From positions 1 through 38,492 of IMG/VR virus record IMGVR_UViG_3300049485_000101: a DNA stretch of 38,492 nt, one strand, 5' to 3'. The stretch is from a virus. Taxonomy: Duplodnaviria; Caudoviricetes. Each line of letters begins with the position of its first letter. Position 1 is the first letter of the stretch. Below, piece after piece: positions 8,220-15,592 of the stretch. A program made the translations under genes and the position numbers. Under the pieces are notes generated by a model. That model saw nothing but the letters and a program-made list of their open reading frames with translations. It was not told the origin of the DNA and made no database searches.

Positions 8220-9059
8220 TTATTTTAGTAAAAAAGTTCTATTTCCCGATTTATTTGTTTTCCATGTGCAAAGCACTTTTTCCGACTCATCAATGATCGA
8301 TTCACAATCTTTCATGTACTCCATGATCTCGAACTTTGATTGTTCTTCGATCTCTTTTAATTCCTTTAGTTTACTTTTTACATCATTCATTTTAGACAAT
8401 TTTTCAAGTATTATTTCATTGACTTGTGCAGATTTTCCTTGTATATGTTTCGTGTATCTTAGTTTAAGATCGTCGATATTAATTAGCTTAATGTTGTCAG
8501 ATTCTTTGCTCTCAACAGCATCCCAAAACGAGCAAGCACTATCTAAAATTCTTGATTCAAGATCAAGATCGCGAGTGTATTTGTATTGCTTGTAAGTGTT
8601 GCCACCGATCAGTACTGCTATGTGAGCAGACGGCCAGTTTTTTATTGAGCAATACGTTGCGACTTGTATAATGTACTGGATCGGTACTTGTGCCGTGTCT
8701 TCCTCTCCCCATTCTTGCGACGCAAACGCCGAACAGGTTTTTGCTTCAAAAATTGACTTGTAATCATCAATTTCTCCATCAAAATGTCCCTGCACAAATT
8801 CAAAAAGAGGGTGAACATGTGTTTTGCATGTTTCGTAAACTGACACACTATTCCTGCGCTCAAATTCTGATCTAATTATGGGTTCCATAATATTACCCCA
8901 GTATTGATACTCATTTTCCTCTTGAGACTGTTCCAAAAGTCCAAGTTTTTGGAGATAAAGCTGGTATGGTGTCATAAATTTTGATAGACCCATGATGATC
9001 GGCATGTCTGATCCGCCGAGATATCCTTTTCGTTCATCTAGCTGTTGTTTTGTGATCAT
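8220..9059 (-). CDS. YqaJ-family (lambda-exonuclease-like) recombination nuclease
   Basis: R..YLGGSD..IMGLS.F.TPYQLY..K, WG..ME..I, FDG, FEAKT, VP..Y..QV. Confidence 0.93.
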   Translation of the reverse strand: MITKQQLDERKGYLGGSDMPIIMGLSKFMTPYQLYLQKLGLLEQSQEENEYQYWGNIMEPIIRSEFERRNSVSVYETCKTHVHPLFEFVQGHFDGEIDDYKSIFEAKTCSAFASQEWGEEDTAQVPIQYIIQVATYCSIKNWPSAHIAVLIGGNTYKQYKYTRDLDLESRILDSACSFWDAVESKESDNIKLINIDDLKLRYTKHIQGKSAQVNEIILEKLSKMNDVKSKLKELKEIEEQSKFEIMEYMKDCESIIDESEKVLCTWKTNKSGNRTFLLK

Positions 9060-9258
9060 AGTGATCTAGTCCTTTCCAAATATAAATAACCTCTACAAAA
9101 TTAAATTTTCTGATCTCAGCGGGCTTTTTATTGACGTTAAGCTGTTTCATGCGTCGGTAAATATTAGGTTTATCTTTACCAACGATTTTGGACATCTCGC
9201 CAAGTGTATACTCTCCAGCAGGGATCAATTTTAACCAATCCTTTGTCTCTTGTCTCAT
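9034..9258 (-). CDS. Small HTH DNA-binding protein
   Basis: AAAGGAC RBS before ATG 9258; YTLGEMSKIVGKDKPNIYRRMKQL HTH pattern. Confidence 0.6.
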   Translation of the reverse strand: MRQETKDWLKLIPAGEYTLGEMSKIVGKDKPNIYRRMKQLNVNKKPAEIRKFNFVEVIYIWKGLDHYDHKTTAR

Positions 9259-9282
9259 ATGATAGTCCTTTAAAAATATTTT

Positions 9283-9334
9283 TTTACATAACAAAATCAG
9301 AGTTTTTATTTACATAACAAAATCAGAGTTTTTA
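9283..9334. repeat. Perfect 26-bp tandem duplication
   Basis: TTTACATAACAAAATCAGAGTTTTTA at 9283-9308 and 9309-9334. Confidence 0.9.
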
Positions 9335-9786
9335 AAAAGTTCTTCAAAATTTTGCCAGTTTTCAAAACTGTCTGAAAATTCAAAATGCTGTCTAAAAATC
9401 ATGACGCAAATTTCCTCAATTCTGAAAATTCTTTCAATTTCTCCTTTTTCGTCGCAATCGTAAAAGCTCAAGTTTAAAAAAACATTATTATTTTTGTCTA
9501 CATCTAACCCTTTAAAAATATAGTCTGTAATACCTGCTGAAAAAAACAATCGATTGCATAAAAAATTTGGCAACGTGATATAAAATTCTATTTTTTGTTT
9601 GATTAGTTCTAATAACGTAATTTTTTTTCTGTAAGCTTTCATTTCTATTATATATCTTTCTTCGTCTCTGATTTTTTTTCCTCGATCTTGTAAAAAATCA
9701 CGGCAAAATTTAAAATCTGAAAATTCTTTGTAAATCTCTGAATTAAATGCAGATAAAATAGTTTCAACATATGTGTTAGTAGTCAT
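9310..9786 (-). CDS. Hypothetical early protein
   Basis: AAAGGA RBS, directly downstream of promoter at about 9861-9833. Confidence 0.7.
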   Translation of the reverse strand: MTTNTYVETILSAFNSEIYKEFSDFKFCRDFLQDRGKKIRDEERYIIEMKAYRKKITLLELIKQKIEFYITLPNFLCNRLFFSAGITDYIFKGLDVDKNNNVFLNLSFYDCDEKGEIERIFRIEEICVMIFRQHFEFSDSFENWQNFEELFKNSDFVM

Positions 9787-9819
9787 AAATTTTTCCTTTC
9801 AAGTTAGTGTGACCAAAAA

Positions 9820-9864
9820 TTGATCACACGTTAAGTTATACAATAGATTTTCTGTTGTCAATAA
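9820..9864 (-). promoter_or_regulatory. Sigma70-type early promoter with embedded operator-like palindrome, copy 1
   Basis: TTGACA-17-TAACTT; ACAACAGA-aaa-TCTATTGT overlaps -35 and spacer. Confidence 0.7.
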
Positions 9865-9869
9865 AAATC

Positions 9870-10382
9870 TCAAAAATTATTGTTAAATACAAAAAAATAT
9901 CCTTCGTTCCTAATAAAGTTCACATCTCCATTTAATTCGCAATCACGCGTAAAACTCTCATAGTCAAAATAATTCTTGAAAATTTCTGGTGTTGAACTAT
10001 CAAAAATTGTTTCCTCGACGTGTTGATAAGCCCATTCAAGCCTATTCTCAAAAGTTCCGAGATAATTCTCTAAAATCGTTTCGCATGATGTTTCATTGAA
10101 AGGATTTTCGTTCAAATACACATCAACCACGTGTTTTTCTGTCTCAGTTAAAGATAGATACTCATCAAAAACGGTCTCGTTTATACCGCATTCGGAGTAA
10201 AAACGTGCTGGAAACCCTTCATAATCTTGGAACATAAGTTCTGGATCGCGTTCGTCTTTGTGTAAGTCGAAACATGCACCCATGAAAGATTCTTTTGTAT
10301 GATTTTTTAGATTGATCCATGCACCCTTTAGGATACCATTGTTATATTTTTTGTATGTGCTAACGTAAACTTGCGCGTTCAT
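9870..10382 (-). CDS. ardA: Antirestriction protein ArdA (DNA mimic)
   Basis: VYVSTY.KYNNG.L.GAWI.L, PELMFQDYEGFP, ENYLG.F, YFDYESFTRD; acidic. Confidence 0.92.
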   Translation of the reverse strand: MNAQVYVSTYKKYNNGILKGAWINLKNHTKESFMGACFDLHKDERDPELMFQDYEGFPARFYSECGINETVFDEYLSLTETEKHVVDVYLNENPFNETSCETILENYLGTFENRLEWAYQHVEETIFDSSTPEIFKNYFDYESFTRDCELNGDVNFIRNEGYFFVFNNNF

Positions 10383-10399
10383 TTTTTTCGTGTCCTTTA

Positions 10400-10900
10400 T
10401 TAATTTAATTGATTTTCTAATATGTCTTTTGCGTACAATAAGATATTGTCAACGTTATCACGTTTTTTATTTCTAACTAATACTTTAACTAATGCGTCAA
10501 AAGTAATAACTTTTGAAACTACATCACAACTATCAACACCGTTAAAATTTTCAAAATTCACAAAAAAACATATGTCTACACTTTTTTCAGTATGCAAATC
10601 TCTGAAACTTGAAATTGTGACATATTTGTCTTCATTGTATGAATCGAAGATTACATCAAATCCGTTGATTTCCCAATTTTTAAAACGAAAATGAAACTTT
10701 TTTAAAAATATCAATAAAATTGAAAGTTTATCGGAAGTCATATTAAAAATATTTTTGTACAAATTCGATTTTTTTAGTTCACTCCAAGATTTATAACTAT
10801 CAGTTTTTATTTTTTCGTTAAGTTTTTCGATTTTTACATTAAGTTTTTCTATGCGAGATATTGCTTCTAAAAAATATGTCTTCGTATAAGTATCGTTCAT
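10400..10900 (-). CDS. Hypothetical early protein
   Basis: AAAGGACAC RBS; 166 aa. Confidence 0.7.
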   Translation of the reverse strand: MNDTYTKTYFLEAISRIEKLNVKIEKLNEKIKTDSYKSWSELKKSNLYKNIFNMTSDKLSILLIFLKKFHFRFKNWEINGFDVIFDSYNEDKYVTISSFRDLHTEKSVDICFFVNFENFNGVDSCDVVSKVITFDALVKVLVRNKKRDNVDNILLYAKDILENQLN

Positions 10901-10927
10901 TTGTTTTGTGTCCTTTATTTGTTAAAA

Positions 10928-11167
10928 TTAATTCCAATAGCCAGTTTCAATAAAATTTTTCATTTCTTGGATTGTTGTATCGTCTGTAAATACAAGTTCC
11001 TCTAGCGCGTAACGTGGAAGATCTGACTGATCAATTTTTTGGGCATAAAAAGAATAAGGATGAAAATCATTGGAATTTTTGTAATCCAAGTACATCTCTA
11101 AAATTTCTGGATCAGTTGTATAAGCATACTGTGTAACTGCGATCGAGCTGTGTATTGCGTAAAACAT
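10928..11167 (-). CDS. Hypothetical early protein
   Basis: AAAGGA RBS before ATG 11167 (MFYAIHSS); first gene after the promoter. Confidence 0.65.
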   Translation of the reverse strand: MFYAIHSSIAVTQYAYTTDPEILEMYLDYKNSNDFHPYSFYAQKIDQSDLPRYALEELVFTDDTTIQEMKNFIETGYWN

Positions 11168-11226
11168 CTTTTTCGTTTCCTTTCTCGCCCATTTTTGAGC
11201 TTGTGTTTGTTTGTGACTGACTATCA

Positions 11227-11268
11227 ATCACATCACTAACTTATACAACAGTTTTACTATTGTCAATA
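11227..11268 (-). promoter_or_regulatory. Sigma70-type early promoter with embedded operator-like palindrome, copy 2
   Basis: TTGACA-17-TAAGTT; ACAATAGT-aaa-ACTGTTGT; closely similar to copy 1. Confidence 0.7.
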
Positions 11269-11413
11269 TATATTTTTATTTATTTTAAAAAAATAGTTAT
11301 GTATGATAAATATAGATAACTTTTATTTAATGAAAAATATTTAAAAATAATTTTAAAAAATATTTGCATTTCATAAATCCCATCCTCAAAAGACCTTATT
11401 TTTATCCCAAATT

Positions 11414-11442
11414 TTGCATTTAATTACAGACTTATGTATAAT
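11414..11442 (+). promoter_or_regulatory. Sigma70-type promoter
   Basis: TTGCAT-17-TATAAT. Confidence 0.65.
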
Positions 11443-11487
11443 AATCAAAGAGAAAATATAATTTTATGTCAATTGAGGTTAAAAAAA

Positions 11488-11715
11488 ATGTCAAACAAAT
11501 CAAGGTATTGGCTTGATCTGATCTACAAAATATTTATCGCAATTTTTGGAATACTTTTAGGCACTCATGCTTACAAAGACAAAGTCGATCATGACGCAAT
11601 GATCGAAGCGATCTACGGCTTGCAAATTGAGTCAACAGAGTTAAGAAAAGAATTGTTAGAAAGCGGTGTCACATATCAACAATCGGCAAGTTTTGAGGAT
11701 TCAACTAATGCTTAA
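11488..11715 (+). CDS. Small single-TM membrane protein
   Basis: GAGGT RBS; LIYKIFIAIFGILLG TM helix; overlaps the protease start. Confidence 0.7.
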   Translation: MSNKSRYWLDLIYKIFIAIFGILLGTHAYKDKVDHDAMIEAIYGLQIESTELRKELLESGVTYQQSASFEDSTNA

Positions 11716-12601
11716 AATACTTATATTTCTTGGATTTTCAATGTTTTTTGCATCATGTAATTATGATGCAAGTTCGTCAACATTAGTAAAATTAACTGAC
11801 GATAAAAAGATATCATTGATAAAATTTCCAAATGCTCAAAATATTGAAATAAAGCATAAATTCGAGTTTTTAGAAGATGATTACTCAAACGGCATACACT
11901 CTTTTACTAGAGACCTTGGTATGCAAAGTGTTCCTGTACTTGATCAAGGATCAAAAGGTACTTGTGTAACATTTGCGTCAACAGCGGCGCTTGATGCTTT
12001 AATAGCAAAGTCTGACTTTGTGAGCCAGCAATGCTCACTCGAGCTTGATAAGTATCTAGGGCAGGACTACTGGAACGGTGCATACTATCCGTCGCAAATA
12101 GTTGATCCAATAAAAAAATACGGCGTGGTTGCTCACGCAAAATGCCCGCACCAATATCCATCTTCACTCTATAAAATGGCTCCAACAAAATACACTGCGC
12201 TTGCAGACAAGGATAAGTCTGTAAAGGTTAAAGATGTGCAAATTTTATATTCAGTTGATCCTACGGTTGGGGACGTGCGCGCGGCAATTAATAGAGGACA
12301 CCGCGTTTTGTTTGGCTTTGTGATTGATAGCTCGCAGTCAGTCGCGATCCGTGGCTTCGATCTAACAGTTGATGGCAAAGCATACAAAGGTGGCCTCTGG
12401 GCTTGCAAACAAGGCGATATTGATGTCTGCAAACGCTATGACGCAGGACATGAAGTTTTAATTGTTGGCTATGATGATGATCAACAATTGTTAAAAATAA
12501 GGAACAGTTGGGGCGTGTCAGTAGGGGAGAATGGCGACTATTATATGTCATATAAATTCTTTGAGGATCGTAGCTTGGACATGACTGAAATATGGCTGTA
12601 A
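11708..12601 (+). CDS. Lipoprotein, papain-like (C1) cysteine peptidase
   Basis: GAGGA RBS; MLKILIFLGFSMFFAS-C lipobox-like; VLDQGSKGTCVTFA (Gln, Cys), AGHEVLIVGYDD (His), IRNSWG (Asn). Confidence 0.92.
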   Translation: MLKILIFLGFSMFFASCNYDASSSTLVKLTDDKKISLIKFPNAQNIEIKHKFEFLEDDYSNGIHSFTRDLGMQSVPVLDQGSKGTCVTFASTAALDALIAKSDFVSQQCSLELDKYLGQDYWNGAYYPSQIVDPIKKYGVVAHAKCPHQYPSSLYKMAPTKYTALADKDKSVKVKDVQILYSVDPTVGDVRAAINRGHRVLFGFVIDSSQSVAIRGFDLTVDGKAYKGGLWACKQGDIDVCKRYDAGHEVLIVGYDDDQQLLKIRNSWGVSVGENGDYYMSYKFFEDRSLDMTEIWL

Positions 12602-12843
12602 TATGCAATATTTGCCTTGATCGAAAGAAAGTATACAAATTTCTTTCTGGCTACTCATTAGTCGATAACGGCGGGTGGGGAAAGATAGATTGTCCAAATT
12701 GTACTGTAAACAAATCTGAAATTAAAGAGGGTGTCATGGATGACATTCCTAAAATTAAGATTGAACAAATTAAACAAAAGGATGTCATGGATGACAAGCG
12801 GAAAAGTTCACGAGCCAAACGACAAAATAAGGCAAACCGTTAG
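12592..12843 (+). CDS. Small zinc-finger protein
   Basis: CNIC...GGWGKIDCPNC with basic tail. Confidence 0.6.
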   Translation: MAVICNICLDRKKVYKFLSGYSLVDNGGWGKIDCPNCTVNKSEIKEGVMDDIPKIKIEQIKQKDVMDDKRKSSRAKRQNKANR

Positions 12844-13156
12844 AGACCTTAAGGCTTTTGGTATCACACAAGATCAGATTTCTAAGTATCTTAAAATCGG
12901 GAGAGACACGCTAACAAGGCACTATGAGCATGAGCTTGAGACTGGCAAAATACATGCTATATATAAAGTGGCTGGTGCGTTGTATCATTCAGCAGTTGTA
13001 AAAGGTAATGTTTCAGCTCAAATATTCTTCTTGAAAACTCAAGGCGGTTGGCGCACGGCTGATGGTCTCGACAATTCGATCCAAAACGCCGAGATTCTCG
13101 AAAAGATAAATCAAGTCAGCAAAGCACTCGAAGAAAAATACAAACGCGATTATTGA
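12791..13156 (+). CDS. terS: Putative terminase small subunit (HTH)
   Basis: GITQDQISKYLKIGRDTL.RHY..EL..GK, VAGALY..A..GNVSAQIFFLKTQGGWR, a typical TerS pattern. Confidence 0.8.
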   Translation: MTSGKVHEPNDKIRQTVRDLKAFGITQDQISKYLKIGRDTLTRHYEHELETGKIHAIYKVAGALYHSAVVKGNVSAQIFFLKTQGGWRTADGLDNSIQNAEILEKINQVSKALEEKYKRDY

Positions 13157-13207
13157 TAAATCTTTTACAATTACTTTTCTTTTAAGACTTGTCAACAGAT
13201 TTATATC

Positions 13208-13235
13208 ACTTCCTATAACCTAGATTATGTTGAAT
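13208..13235 (+). other. dif-like XerC/XerD recombination site (candidate attP or dimer-resolution site)
   Basis: ACTTCCTATAA-CCTAGA-TTATGTTGAAT, 11-6-11; right arm 10/11 to E. coli XerD arm TTATGTTAAAT; left arm 10/11 to B. subtilis dif left arm ACTTCCTAGAA; intergenic. Confidence 0.8.
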
Positions 13236-13271
13236 AAATTGAATTGAATGAAAATTGATTTAAATCAAGAA

Positions 13272-13377
13272 ATAAAAAACCCACCGAGAACCCCCAATGG
13301 GTTTAAAATGGAGGCCGAAACTCCACTTGCAATCCTCTGCGAGTATGTACAGAGGATATCCACTATACTCTAGGCAA
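13272..13377 (-). ncRNA. Putative small RNA B2 (three hairpins, last a terminator)
   Basis: TGTGT-TACAAT extended -10 (13393-13383); stems ATCCTCTGT/GCAGAGGAT, AGTGGAG/CTCCATT, AAACCCATTGGG/CTCGGTGGGTTT with minus-strand G-U pairs; T-run. Confidence 0.65.
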
Positions 13378-13402
13378 TTTATATTGTAACACAAACATGT
13401 AA

Positions 13403-13464
13403 AATAAAAAACGCGCCTATCTGACTAAGCGCGTCTTCCAACCTTTTAGGATTTCACATGGAGA
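13403..13464 (-). ncRNA. Putative small RNA B1 (anti-RBS 5' seed plus terminator)
   Basis: TGTGT-TATAAT extended -10 (13480-13470); CUCCAUGUGAAAUCCU then GACGCGCTTA/TAGGCGCGTT stem plus T-run. Confidence 0.6.
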
Positions 13465-13487
13465 CTTTTATTATAACACAATTTTTA

Positions 13488-13557
13488 GGACACACAAGAT
13501 CGCGATCTGTGTGTCTTTTTTATGGGGGACACGAAAACGGTTTCCATGTCCCCCATG
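13488..13557 (+). terminator. Two strong hairpins (first followed by a T-run)
   Basis: GGACACAC-aagatcgcgatct-GTGTGTCT-TTTTT; ATGGGGGACA...TGTCCCCCAT. Confidence 0.55.
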
Positions 13558-13560
13558 ACA

Positions 13561-13604
13561 AGTTACTTTCAATTACTCTCAATTACTTTCAATTACTCTC
13601 AATT
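13561..13604. repeat. 10-bp tandem repeat x4 (AATTACTYTC)
   Basis: agttactttc aattactctc aattactttc aattactctc aatt. Confidence 0.85.
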
Positions 13605-13637
13605 TTTATTATGATCATTTTTTTATGAGGTATTAAA

Positions 13638-13949
13638 ATGGATTTAGAAGAATTTTATAATAAATGTAGATATGATTTAAATAACTCTGCTACTTTGGAT
13701 GAGATTAAAACAATAAAATCTATACATGATATGGCTCGCGCATATTCAAATGGTTATTTTACATTGCTTGGATACGGTGATCATTACCGATTTTATTTGG
13801 GAACAACAAGCCAACTTTTGGATTCATCTTCACCTTCATTTTTTTCAGATTTTATGGGTGAAGGTAGTAGTATCGAATATGCTGTACTAGATTACATTAA
13901 AAAATGTGGCAAGAAACATACTTGCCCTTCTTGCAAACATAGATTTTAA
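13638..13949 (+). CDS. Hypothetical protein (paralogue of next)
   Basis: GAGG RBS; YRFYLG, GSSIEYAV, C-terminal Cys cluster. Confidence 0.75.
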   Translation: MDLEEFYNKCRYDLNNSATLDEIKTIKSIHDMARAYSNGYFTLLGYGDHYRFYLGTTSQLLDSSSPSFFSDFMGEGSSIEYAVLDYIKKCGKKHTCPSCKHRF

Positions 13950-13960
13950 ATGGAGAAAAA

Positions 13961-14440
13961 ATGTTACCGATAATAAAAGATTACTTAGAATTATCAGACA
14001 TAAATAGAAGATCAGTAGATCAGTTGTTAGAAACAAATAGAACAGCTTTGTTTGATATGTTAGCAGAACTCGCATTAAATCATACATCTAATTGCGAATA
14101 TACAATTTTTTATGATGGACGTGGTTACAGATTTTGTTTTGGTTTTCCAGATAAAAAGAATGATATATACTGTGTTGATACTGGCAATACTGTGCAAGAA
14201 GCTGTTGATTTTTATTTTAGACGTTTTATTGAATCAAAAAACAAATTATTTCAGGTTGTAAGCAATAATGAAATAGAACCATTACAAGAAAAAGAAGAAG
14301 AATTAAAACTAGAACTAAAAAAAATCCAAGAATTGAAAGAAACAGTAGCAGTTGGGATGGAGATGCAAGATGCAATATTCTGCAAAAAATGCGGACATAC
14401 TCATTCTAAAAAAAAATTATCATGTACTCATAATCCATAA
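13961..14440 (+). CDS. Hypothetical protein (paralogue of previous)
   Basis: GGAG RBS; YRFCFG, GNTVQEAV, CKKCGH. Confidence 0.75.
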   Translation: MLPIIKDYLELSDINRRSVDQLLETNRTALFDMLAELALNHTSNCEYTIFYDGRGYRFCFGFPDKKNDIYCVDTGNTVQEAVDFYFRRFIESKNKLFQVVSNNEIEPLQEKEEELKLELKKIQELKETVAVGMEMQDAIFCKKCGHTHSKKKLSCTHNP

Positions 14441-14539
14441 AATCTCAACCAATATCAGTTAACCTTAACTTAATCTTAAAAAATCACATGACAATTATAT
14501 AAACAAATGTATAAATAAATTTATTTGAATGAGGTGATT

Positions 14540-14956
14540 ATGATTGATATATCCAGTATTGTGTTCCAAGGTAAGCGAAAATTTCATGGAAGTTTTGGTC
14601 GGAAAAAGGGAAATGAAATCCATTTTAGACTTAAAAATGCAAAGCGTGGCGGAAATTGTTTTGATCTTAAATTATATATTGGTAGTGACATTGCCAAGAA
14701 AATATCCCTTCGAGATGGTGACAATCTAATCGTATCCCTTGATCACAATTACTGGTATTTGAAGGTCGATAGTTCTGGGTACAAAGCTAGATATGAAAAA
14801 AAGAGAGGATTGTTTACTGTTCAATTTCCTTTCTCATTTTCAGGAAACCCAACGGATGGATCAGTTTTAATCTCTCCTTTCCATGTTGAAACCGATTCAG
14901 ATCAAAGAGTCCTTGCCATGAACGTCAGTTCATACCTTAAAAGCAACATTAACTGA
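14540..14956 (+). CDS. Basic protein, possible AbrB-like fold (paralogue 1)
   Basis: GAGGTG RBS; LYIGSDIAKKISLRDGDNLIV. Confidence 0.7.
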   Translation: MIDISSIVFQGKRKFHGSFGRKKGNEIHFRLKNAKRGGNCFDLKLYIGSDIAKKISLRDGDNLIVSLDHNYWYLKVDSSGYKARYEKKRGLFTVQFPFSFSGNPTDGSVLISPFHVETDSDQRVLAMNVSSYLKSNIN

Positions 14957-15041
14957 AAAAACCGCGTGACAATTATATAAATCTCGTATAAAAAAGAATT
15001 AATATTCAACGCAAATAGTTTTATTAAAGAGGGATTTTTAT

Positions 15042-15470
15042 ATGATTGATCTGTCAAACGTGGTTTTCAACGGTCGCATTAGATATTACAATGGTGTTCT
15101 ACGTGGAAAAAAACTCAGTAATCAAGTAAATTTTCGAGTCAAGAAACCAAAAGACAAATCAAAATTTTTTGAACTTGTTTTGTACATTGGTGATGAGTAC
15201 GCGAAAAAAATGGGTCTGCAAGAAGGTGATCGTATGTCAACAAATTTCGACAATAATAATTGTTGGTATTTTAAAGTCGATGATGGTGGTTACAGGGTGG
15301 CGAAAGATAAAAATAGAAATTTATTTTACATATATTTGCCATACAAGACTAATGCTAACATAACTGAATTTATTACAGTCGCTCCATTTCACATAGAAAC
15401 ATGTCCAAATCAGAAAGTTATGGCTATCCATGCCACTCCATACCTAAAAACACCAACAAATCCAAAATAA
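15042..15470 (+). CDS. Basic protein, possible AbrB-like fold (paralogue 2)
   Basis: LYIGDEYAKKMGLQEGDRM; collinear with previous ORF over full length. Confidence 0.7.
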   Translation: MIDLSNVVFNGRIRYYNGVLRGKKLSNQVNFRVKKPKDKSKFFELVLYIGDEYAKKMGLQEGDRMSTNFDNNNCWYFKVDDGGYRVAKDKNRNLFYIYLPYKTNANITEFITVAPFHIETCPNQKVMAIHATPYLKTPTNPK

Positions 15471-15556
15471 AGCCCAAAACAGCCTCGTGGTTGAATTTAA
15501 ACACTTTTTTGATATGAACATATTAAACGGTTTATTTTAAATCGTTGTAGAGGCTG
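15464..15556. repeat. Imperfect inverted-repeat element, copy 2
   Basis: AAACAGCCTCGTGGTTGAATTTAAA...TTTAAATCGTTGTAGAGGCTG. Confidence 0.6.
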
Positions 15557-15592
15557 AAAATACACATTATTAAATTGTGTTGACAAGGTTTA

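Noticed and set aside
13458-13628. 56-aa + strand ORF with hydrophobic C-terminus as a type I toxin with B1 as antitoxin
   Set aside because: It crosses a + strand terminator-like hairpin and its hydrophobic tail derives from T-rich tandem repeats; not fully excluded
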